From: Candidatus Doudnabacteria bacterium
Lineage (GTDB): Bacteria; Patescibacteriota; Doudnabacteria; UBA920; O2-02-FULL-48-8
Direction: 5' to 3'
NCBI GenBank assembly: GCA_016186915.1
Contig: JACPKU010000004.1
Coordinates: 67,168 to 131,167, forward strand
DNA length: 64,000 bases
Below, in pieces: positions 39,129 through 46,335 of this stretch. The notes under the pieces are model-generated. The model was not told the origin of the DNA, did no database searches, and saw only the letters and a list, made by a program, of their open reading frames with translations. The number at the start of each line of letters is the position of its first letter. The stretch's first letter is position 1. The translations under genes were made by a program, and so were the position numbers.

Positions 39129-39707
39129 TTACAGTTTGATTTTTGATGCTTGATTTTTGATTTCTATAATCGTTCTTTTCACGGTATCATAAATCACAGG
39201 CAATTCCAGATAATCGATAAGGATGGCCAGCCAGGCCACGGCCGCGTGCCACTGAAAGATCCCTTCGTATTGCGTAAAATGCTCGATGACGACTTCATCC
39301 GTAATCCAGAGAATATGCAGCCATTGGATATTGATAAACAAAAGGTAAAGAAAATTTTTCGCAGTAAATTTTTCGCGCAAAAAGTGGAGGTATAATATAG
39401 AGGTGCTGATAATGGCCGGGATTTCGCTGTAATCAAGGAACGTAGAAACCGCGCCCCAAAAAGACGGGAACACGAAATAGCTGGTTCCGGTCAGACGAAG
39501 CAGAACTACGTCGGTAAACAGCCAATAAAGGTGGAAAATTTGAATAAAAAATAAAAGTGTGGTTGCAGTGAGCACCAGCGTATAATTATTTTGATACCAA
39601 GCCCAGAATTTTTGGAACATCAAGTTTTTTAACAGATCGTCACTCCGCCTGAGGCGGATCGCGATGGTTATAACTAATATCATCATACCATGAAAGAGCG
39701 TCTGCAA
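39129..39707 (-). CDS. Hypothetical membrane protein
   Basis: Multi-TM ORF. Contains a 13-bp ccgcctgaggcgg palindrome near its 5' end. Confidence 0.4.
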   Translation of the reverse strand: MQTLFHGMMILVITIAIRLRRSDDLLKNLMFQKFWAWYQNNYTLVLTATTLLFFIQIFHLYWLFTDVVLLRLTGTSYFVFPSFWGAVSTFLDYSEIPAIISTSILYLHFLREKFTAKNFLYLLFINIQWLHILWITDEVVIEHFTQYEGIFQWHAAVAWLAILIDYLELPVIYDTVKRTIIEIKNQASKIKL

Positions 39708-40373
39708 AAATTTATCTCCAATGCCGGCATAACTTCTCGCAGAAATGCGGAGAAATTGATTGTTGCTGGTAAAATTAAGGTAAACGGTCAGGTTGTCACT
39801 GAATTGGGGAGCAAGGTAGATCCAAGCGCGGACCAGGTGGAAGTAGAAGGCAAAAAAATTACACTGCAGAGAAAAATATATCTGGTATTGAACAAGCCGA
39901 AAAAATACGTCACCACCCGAAAAGATAAATTAAATCGCAAAACGGTTTATGATTTATTGCCGGCAATATATAGAAATCTCGTCTGGCCAGTGGGCAGACT
40001 AGATTATACTACTGAAGGGTTGCTAATTTTTACTAATGATGGAGAATTAACGCAAACACTCACCCACCCCTCAAAAGAGCACGAAAAAGAATACGAAGTA
40101 GTGTTGGACAAAGCCTTATCCGCTGGGCGTGCGGATAAAATCAGGAACGGAATGATGCTAGACGGCAAGAAAACTTCTCCGGCAAAACTGCAAGTAAACG
40201 GCAAAACCGTGCGTTTAACTATTCATGAAGGGTGGAATCGGCAGATCAAGCGGATGTTCGCAGCTTTCGGTTTGACAGTACGCAGCATTAAACGAATCCG
40301 AATTGGCAAATTACAATTATCTGGGTTAGAATTAGGACAAAGTAAAATAATTCAACGCAAGGATATAATTTAA
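39690..40373 (+). CDS. Pseudouridine synthase, RsuA/RluB family
   Basis: S4 domain (KFISNAGITSRRNAEKLI..GKIKVNG). Catalytic RLDYTTEGLLIFTNDG motif with Asp. Confidence 0.8.
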   Translation: MKERLQKFISNAGITSRRNAEKLIVAGKIKVNGQVVTELGSKVDPSADQVEVEGKKITLQRKIYLVLNKPKKYVTTRKDKLNRKTVYDLLPAIYRNLVWPVGRLDYTTEGLLIFTNDGELTQTLTHPSKEHEKEYEVVLDKALSAGRADKIRNGMMLDGKKTSPAKLQVNGKTVRLTIHEGWNRQIKRMFAAFGLTVRSIKRIRIGKLQLSGLELGQSKIIQRKDII

Positions 40374-41011
40374 TGAGAGAAAGACGCAGCAACGTAGTTA
40401 CAGGATCGGAAACTGAAGATCTAGAAACAAAAATTACCAGACTTGAACAAGAGAACGAAAAGCTTAAGTTTGAAAATGAACTATTATTGAGCCGGGCCAC
40501 CAAAGATCCTCTGACTGATTTGAACAATCGTCGCGGTTTACAAGAGGCGGTCCAACTACTAAGGCCAGGCAGTAGTTCTGGAGAAAAAAGGGAGAGTGAC
40601 AATAAAGAAAAGAGCCGTAGACCAATGTCGGTACTATTTTTGGATGTTGATAATTTTAAAGTGATAAATGATGCTTACGGTCACGAGGCTGGCGACCAAG
40701 TACTAAAAGAGATCGCCCAGCATCTCCAGGGGACTATAAGAGGCGGGGATGTTGTAGGGCGCTGGGGCGGAGAGGAGTTTGTTGTGGTGTTTAACAACGC
40801 CTCACCGGACCAAATTCAACAGAAGTATTATAATAAAAATCAACAACGCGCTTTGCTAGAAATCAAAACCTCGCAAGGGGTTATAACTTTCAGCGGAGGC
40901 GTAACCGAATTGGAACCAGATGAAAGTTTGGAACAGGCAGAAGAAAGAGCAGACCGAGCTATGTATGAAGCCAAGCAATCGGGGAAAAACCGAATTGTGT
41001 CTGTGGTATAA
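40373..41011 (+). CDS. GGDEF-domain diguanylate cyclase with N-terminal coiled coil
   Basis: LTDLNNRRG...LFLDVDNFKVINDAYGHEAGD...GRWGGEEFVVV. Confidence 0.8.
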   Translation: MRERRSNVVTGSETEDLETKITRLEQENEKLKFENELLLSRATKDPLTDLNNRRGLQEAVQLLRPGSSSGEKRESDNKEKSRRPMSVLFLDVDNFKVINDAYGHEAGDQVLKEIAQHLQGTIRGGDVVGRWGGEEFVVVFNNASPDQIQQKYYNKNQQRALLEIKTSQGVITFSGGVTELEPDESLEQAEERADRAMYEAKQSGKNRIVSVV

Positions 41012-41025
41012 TATAGATAGTTTTT

Positions 41026-42273
41026 ATGCCTAACCAGAAACAAACACTAAAAGAAAAAAAACATATTGTGATTTTGGGCGGCGGGTTTGCCGGCGTGCGC
41101 GCCGCTTTGGATTTGGGAGAGTATTTTAAGCGTGATGATGCGTATGAAATAATTCTTATAGATAAAAAAGACTATCATCTTTACCATGCCGCACTCTATG
41201 AAGCGGCCACCGCGCAGCACGGATTGGTGGAAGCCAGCCAGGTGAAGCGGGCGGTGGTGATCCCTTTTGGCTCCATTTTGAAACGGAGCAAAGTTAAGCA
41301 TTTCAAAGCTTTTATCGATCACGTCGACCTGGACGATGGCAAGGTCGTGACAGATTCGAGGATTGTTTATTTTGATTATTTAGTGACTGCGATGGGCAGT
41401 GTCAGCGATTATTATGGGATTCAGGGAATGGACAAATATGCTTTCACCTTGAAAAGCCTGGATGACGCGATCATGATACGCAATAGGATTGAAGAGTTGG
41501 TAAGCAAGAAAGACAAAGGAGATATTGTTATCGGGGGCGGCGGGTTTGCCGGCGTGGAATTTGCCGGCGAGGTTTACAATTTACTTAAGCATGAGTGCGA
41601 ATACCATAAGAAAGATTTAGCAAAATTTTCTGTAACAATTTTGGAAGGGTCGAGCAATTATTTGCCTGGCTTGTCAGAAAAAGTTTCGAAATTAGCAGCG
41701 GAGAGACTTGCTAAACAAAATGTGCAGGGAAAATTTTCTTCCATAATCACTGAAGTTGGCAGCAATTACGTTGTGCTCAACGAAAAAGACAGGATTGATT
41801 TCGATTTACTGATCTGGACCGGTGGGGTGCGATCCTGTGTCCTACCCTTTAGTGAAAAATTGGAACAGGACAAGAAAGGCCGGACAGTGGTTAACGAATT
41901 TTTGAACATCAGAAAATATCCAAATGTTTTTATTGTAGGCGATAATGTCTGTTTTATCGACAAATTGACGAAGAGTCCAGCGCCCCAGACTGCGCAAGAA
42001 GCTATCCGGCAAGGGCGGCTGGCCGCGAAAAATATTTACCGATTAGTTCGGGGTAAGGAACTGCTGCCCTACCATGCCGGCCCCAGCAGATATGTGATTC
42101 CGGTTTCCGGCAAATATGCCATCATGTACACAAAAAATTTAATTATCGCAGGTTTTTTTGGCTGGATGATCAGAAGGTTTGTAGATTTGAGATATTTTGT
42201 TTCAGTTTTGACATTTATCAAGGCTTTGAAATTGTGGCTTTCCGAAACAAGCGTATTTATGAAAAATGACTAG
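41026..42273 (+). CDS. Type II NADH dehydrogenase-like FAD-dependent oxidoreductase
   Basis: Two Rossmann GxGxxG motifs (ILGGGFAGV, VIGGGGFAGVEFAGE). NDH-2 family organisation. Confidence 0.65.
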   Translation: MPNQKQTLKEKKHIVILGGGFAGVRAALDLGEYFKRDDAYEIILIDKKDYHLYHAALYEAATAQHGLVEASQVKRAVVIPFGSILKRSKVKHFKAFIDHVDLDDGKVVTDSRIVYFDYLVTAMGSVSDYYGIQGMDKYAFTLKSLDDAIMIRNRIEELVSKKDKGDIVIGGGGFAGVEFAGEVYNLLKHECEYHKKDLAKFSVTILEGSSNYLPGLSEKVSKLAAERLAKQNVQGKFSSIITEVGSNYVVLNEKDRIDFDLLIWTGGVRSCVLPFSEKLEQDKKGRTVVNEFLNIRKYPNVFIVGDNVCFIDKLTKSPAPQTAQEAIRQGRLAAKNIYRLVRGKELLPYHAGPSRYVIPVSGKYAIMYTKNLIIAGFFGWMIRRFVDLRYFVSVLTFIKALKLWLSETSVFMKND

Positions 42274-42850
42274 ACCCAGAAGGTCCACCTCGTTTAAGAC
42301 AGATCGCCGCAAGGCGACCGTAAAAAGAGACCGGACGCGGCGGTCTCTAACGGGGTTTACTCTGATAGAGTTGCTTGTAGTTATTGCAATCATCGGGGTT
42401 TTAGCAGCAGTGATTCTAGGCAACATCCGCCGATCCAAAGAACAAGCGTATTATGCCCGGGCCGCGGGCGAGGCCAAAAGCATTGCCGCTGCCATCCAGT
42501 TGTATATCAGTGATAATGGCGACTACCCGGCTGACGCCAACCGCAATCTTCCTCCTGGTCTGGAAGCATATCTGCCCGCAGGCGAGTGGCCCAAAGGTCC
42601 TTGGCCTGGCAGTGTGTATGATTGGGATAATTGGCAGGACCCAGATAATCAATGGCAGCGGATTTACCAAATCAGCATTCGATTTTGCGAAATTGGCGCG
42701 CCTGAAACCTGCCAGTTTCCCAACATTGAGTGGGCAGAGGACTTTGCGGTAAACAGCAGTGTTTATTATTGTTTGGAAGGGGCGTGCCGGCCGCATATCG
42801 GCGAGCCAATTGGTTATCCGGGGAAGTGCATTAATTGTGGCGGTTCTTAG
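42266..42850 (+). CDS. Type IV pilin-like/pseudopilin with N-terminal methylation motif
   Basis: G|FTLIELLVVIAIIGVLAAV class III signal. Cys-rich C-terminus. Unusually long (~29 aa) basic leader. Confidence 0.65.
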   Translation: MTRPRRSTSFKTDRRKATVKRDRTRRSLTGFTLIELLVVIAIIGVLAAVILGNIRRSKEQAYYARAAGEAKSIAAAIQLYISDNGDYPADANRNLPPGLEAYLPAGEWPKGPWPGSVYDWDNWQDPDNQWQRIYQISIRFCEIGAPETCQFPNIEWAEDFAVNSSVYYCLEGACRPHIGEPIGYPGKCINCGGS

Positions 42851-42918
42851 AAGGGGAGATTAAAGCTTTTGGTACAAGGGTTTTTTTGTTTGGGTAAATT
42901 TGCTAAGATTCACAAGCT

Positions 42919-44034
42919 ATGAATCGAGGATTTTGGGATAAGTTAACTAAACCAATAATGATTTTGGCGCCTATGGCCAATGTCACTGATTTTGCATTTC
43001 GTAAAATGATTGCGCAATACGGCAAGCCAGATGTAATGTGGACAGAGTTTGTGTCAGTTGATGGCTTGTGTTCGCCAGGCAAGGAGAGGCTGATGATTGA
43101 TTTGAAATATTCAGAAATTGAACGGCCAATTGTCGCCCAATTTTTTGGGAGCAAACCAGAAAATTTTTATAAGTGTGCTCAACTTGCACAAGAACTTAAA
43201 TTTGACGGCATAGATATCAATATGGGTTGCCCTGACAAGTCAGTGGAAAAGCAAGGCGCTGGGGCGGCACTGATGAAAAACCCAAAATTAGCTAAAGAGA
43301 TAATTTTAGCTACTCAAGAAGGTGCGGGAGAGTTGCCAGTTTCTGTCAAAACACGTCTTGGATACAACAAGATTGATTTTGAAGACTGGCTACCGACATT
43401 GTTTGAGGCCAAACCTGCAGCCGTAATTTTTCATCTGCGAACGCGCAAAGAGATGTCTAAGGTGCCGGCGCATTGGGAAGTGATGCCGGAAATAATGAGC
43501 CTTATTGGGGCTTCCCCCCTTGAAACAAGGGGGGAAAGAGGGGGGTTAGAGGCAAAGCCCTCTGATCTAACTCCCCCTACCCAGCTCTCGGCAGCTGGTG
43601 AGGTAGGGGACTTCTCTTATTCTAAGAGGGGGTTTAGCGCTCCATTGATTCTTGGCAATGGGGATGTGATGAGTTTGCAGCAAGGAATAGAAAAATGCGC
43701 GCAGACAGGTGCAGACGGCGTAATGTTTGGCAGAGGGATTTTTGGCAATCCGTGGTTGTTTAACAGAGAGATTAGGGTTGAGGGATTAGAGATTAGAGAC
43801 AAACTCAAGGTCATGATTGAGCATACCAAGCTGTTCGAAAAGACTTTTATATCCGCCAGAGGCGGACCCGCCTCTGGCGGGAAGAGCTTTGAAGTGATGA
43901 AGAAGCACTACAAAGCCTATGTCAACAATTTCGAGGGCGCGAAGGAATTGCGGGCGGAGTTGATGGAAGGAGCGTCCACAGCCCAAGACGTAGAAAGAAT
44001 AGTCAAGAATTTTTTACTTGCGGATCAAAAGTAG
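42919..44034 (+). CDS. dus: tRNA-dihydrouridine synthase
   Basis: ILAPMANVTDFAFR...IDINMGCP TIM-barrel Dus motifs. Contains a ~40-aa repeat-derived insertion (43513-43635) and a palindromic element (43853-43880). Confidence 0.8.
   Translation: MNRGFWDKLTKPIMILAPMANVTDFAFRKMIAQYGKPDVMWTEFVSVDGLCSPGKERLMIDLKYSEIERPIVAQFFGSKPENFYKCAQLAQELKFDGIDINMGCPDKSVEKQGAGAALMKNPKLAKEIILATQEGAGELPVSVKTRLGYNKIDFEDWLPTLFEAKPAAVIFHLRTRKEMSKVPAHWEVMPEIMSLIGASPLETRGERGGLEAKPSDLTPPTQLSAAGEVGDFSYSKRGFSAPLILGNGDVMSLQQGIEKCAQTGADGVMFGRGIFGNPWLFNREIRVEGLEIRDKLKVMIEHTKLFEKTFISARGGPASGGKSFEVMKKHYKAYVNNFEGAKELRAELMEGASTAQDVERIVKNFLLADQK
43513..43635. repeat. Modular G-tract hairpin repeat cluster in frame within dus
   Basis: cccccttgaaacaagggggg, ggggggttagag..ctctgatctaactcccc, ctacccagctctcggcagctggtgaggtagggg, ctcttattctaagaggggg. 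Confidence 0.65.
43853..43880. repeat. 28-bp palindromic element in frame in dus
   Basis: ccgccagaggcggacccgcctctggcgg encodes SARGGPASGGK. Confidence 0.8.
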
Positions 44035-45279
44035 AAGGTCTGAAACATTGGCTTGAGTTTGTCCGGTCATGAGCGTATAGCCCAACTTTTCGGCTAGTCC
44101 GTATCCATCAAAGCTGGCTACATAATCCTGAATATTGAGTCCAAGTTCTTGGGCTTTTTGTTTGACTTGATAATCTACTATCCCGCCTGCAGCCTCGGAG
44201 TTATCCAAGCCATCAGAAGCCAGAAACAGGAAGGTATCTTTTTTTGAAACTTTATTTATGGCCCGCATGGACATATTTAAGTTTCTTCCTCCAGTGCCGC
44301 CGGGCTTGTTAACCACGAGTCCCGGCTCCCCGCCAACCAGAATCACTGAATTGTCAGTGGCCGCCTCAAGCATTTTTTGGACGACGGTATCCATATCGTC
44401 GTACATTTCGTCGCTTAAAATGTGCGTGGTGTAGCCTAATTTTTCGCTTTCCTGTTTCATTGCGTCGAGTGCTAAATGATTGGAAACCAGCACGATGTTG
44501 TGGACCTTCTCGAAATATTTGTCGTCCTTTGGCGTTTCCGTGAGTTTATAATCGCTCAATTTGTATTTCTCAATGATCTTTTTTACATCCTTTATCGTGG
44601 AGTTGTCTTTATAGGTCGGCCCGGAAGCAATCAGATCGTAGTTATCGCCTGGGACATCGGAAAAAATTAATCCGATCACGGTGGCGGGATAAAGCAGACG
44701 GGCCAGGCCTCCGCCCTTAAGCTGTGAAATATGCTTGCGCAGAGTGTTGAGTTCCCGAATACTGCCGCCTGTGGCTAGAAATTCTTCATAGAGCTTTCGG
44801 CCCTGATCACATTCTTCCTTGGGCCAGCAAAGCAGAGCTGATCCCCCACCCGAAACAATCACGATTATCAAATCATCTGCGGTTGAGCCTTGACTCATTT
44901 CATACACATTTCTGGACAGCTTGACGTTTTCGTCGCTGGGCCTGGGGTGAGAGCCTTTATACATTTTTATGTTTTCGCAGGCGATCGGTTGGATGCCAAT
45001 GGCGATTCCCGTATTGATTCTTTTGCCCAAGATTTGGTCCAAAGCAAAAGCCGCCTTGCAGGAAGCCTTGCCAAAGCCGATGACTTTGATGGTTTTGAAA
45101 TTTTTAAGCTCAATTTTTTGATCTTTTACTACCAATGTATCGCCCTGCTCAATCCGAACGTTCTGCATAACTACGTCTTCGGAATCAATCGCGGACAAAC
45201 CGGCATTGGCGATGGTGAGTGCATCTTTGCGGGCTGGGGTGGTAGCAAGCGGGATGAAATTTTGAAACCAATTTTTCAT
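44014..45279 (-). CDS. Glycerate 2-kinase (MOFRL family)
   Basis: DUF4147 + MOFRL architecture (VSGGGSALL, LKGGGLARL). Confidence 0.65.
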   Translation of the reverse strand: MKNWFQNFIPLATTPARKDALTIANAGLSAIDSEDVVMQNVRIEQGDTLVVKDQKIELKNFKTIKVIGFGKASCKAAFALDQILGKRINTGIAIGIQPIACENIKMYKGSHPRPSDENVKLSRNVYEMSQGSTADDLIIVIVSGGGSALLCWPKEECDQGRKLYEEFLATGGSIRELNTLRKHISQLKGGGLARLLYPATVIGLIFSDVPGDNYDLIASGPTYKDNSTIKDVKKIIEKYKLSDYKLTETPKDDKYFEKVHNIVLVSNHLALDAMKQESEKLGYTTHILSDEMYDDMDTVVQKMLEAATDNSVILVGGEPGLVVNKPGGTGGRNLNMSMRAINKVSKKDTFLFLASDGLDNSEAAGGIVDYQVKQKAQELGLNIQDYVASFDGYGLAEKLGYTLMTGQTQANVSDLLLLIRK

Positions 45280-45327
45280 AAAACTGATTATATGGTAACA
45301 TTAGTTTACTTAATTAACCAGAAATTT

Positions 45328-46068
45328 ATGTTGCAATTTATTATCATCGTCATTGCCGCAATAATTTTAATCAGCATTCGCCAAGTCAACCAATACCAGC
45401 GGGGAGTGATGTTTACTTTAGGAAGGTTTACGGGAATCAAGGATCCTGGCTGGAGACTGGTGTTCCCCATATTCCAAAGCATGCGCAAAGTGGACATTCG
45501 CGTCAAAGCCGTGGACGTGCCGGATCAAAAAGCCATTACCAAAGACAATATTTCCGTGGGCGTGAATGCCGTGATTTATTACAAAGTTTCAGACGCGGGC
45601 AAAGCGATTTTGGAAGTGGAAGATTTTTTCTTTGCCGTGTCCCAGCTTGCCCAAACCACCATGCGCAACGTGGTCGGCGAAGTTGAACTGGACGAACTAT
45701 TGGCGCAAAGAAATAAAATTTCTGAACGGATAAGAGAAATTATTGATGAAGCATCTGATCCTTGGGGGATTAAAGTGGATAATGTGGAACTCAAAGACGT
45801 GGTGTTGCCGGCGGACATGGAAAGAACAATTGCCAAACAGGCCGAAGCAGAGCGGGAAAAGCGGGCAGTGATTATCAAAGCCCAAGGAGAAGTAGAAGCA
45901 GCAGAAAATATGGCCAAGGCCGCCCAAATGCTTTCCAGCCAAGCCGGGGCTTTGCACCTGCGCACTTTGCAAACCTTGAATGATTTAAGTTCAGACCAAT
46001 CAAACACGGTGGTGTTTGCCGTGCCCTTGGAAATCCTGCGGGCTTTTGAGCGAATGAATAAGAAATAA
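45328..46068 (+). CDS. SPFH/band-7 (stomatin-like) protein
   Basis: N-terminal TM, then band-7 domain (..VD.RV......Q...TKDN..V.V.AV.YY.V.D...A...V.D). Start at ATG 45328. The longer track ORF is a frame artefact. Confidence 0.75.
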   Translation: MLQFIIIVIAAIILISIRQVNQYQRGVMFTLGRFTGIKDPGWRLVFPIFQSMRKVDIRVKAVDVPDQKAITKDNISVGVNAVIYYKVSDAGKAILEVEDFFFAVSQLAQTTMRNVVGEVELDELLAQRNKISERIREIIDEASDPWGIKVDNVELKDVVLPADMERTIAKQAEAEREKRAVIIKAQGEVEAAENMAKAAQMLSSQAGALHLRTLQTLNDLSSDQSNTVVFAVPLEILRAFERMNKK

Positions 46069-46086
46069 GCAGCAAGCATTGGAAGG

Positions 46087-46116
46087 CAAAAAAACCAGGG
46101 AATCACCCTGGTTTTT
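46087..46116. terminator. Bidirectional terminator (aaaaaaccagggaatcaccctggttttt)
   Basis: Perfect stem flanked by an A-run and a T-run. Confidence 0.55.
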
Positions 46117-46335
46117 CTTTATGCTGCTTCGGATTCTTGATCGTGGTTTCCTATCAGCATTTCTAGCTGTTCTTTCCTGGCCCACAAACTGTTATATTTT
46201 TTCGTACCCCTTTTACCCTTGGCGTCTAGGTTGATGATCTGTTGGTTTATCTCTTCCAGTTCTCCTTGGAGCGCTTCGGGTGAAAATTCGTTTTCTCTCA
46301 TATTTTTTAGAGATTACTAATTGTTTATAGTATAA

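Noticed and set aside
44890-46068. 392-aa ORF in the track spanning the glycerate-kinase 5' region and the SPFH gene
   Set aside because: The N-terminal two thirds is the antisense of the glycerate-kinase gene. The real gene is the SPFH/band-7 protein starting at ATG 45328 with its own TM segment.
46119-46301. 60-aa minus-strand ORF between the SPFH gene terminator and topA
   Set aside because: Charged low-complexity peptide without motif. Could be a real small protein, but no evidence beyond the open frame.
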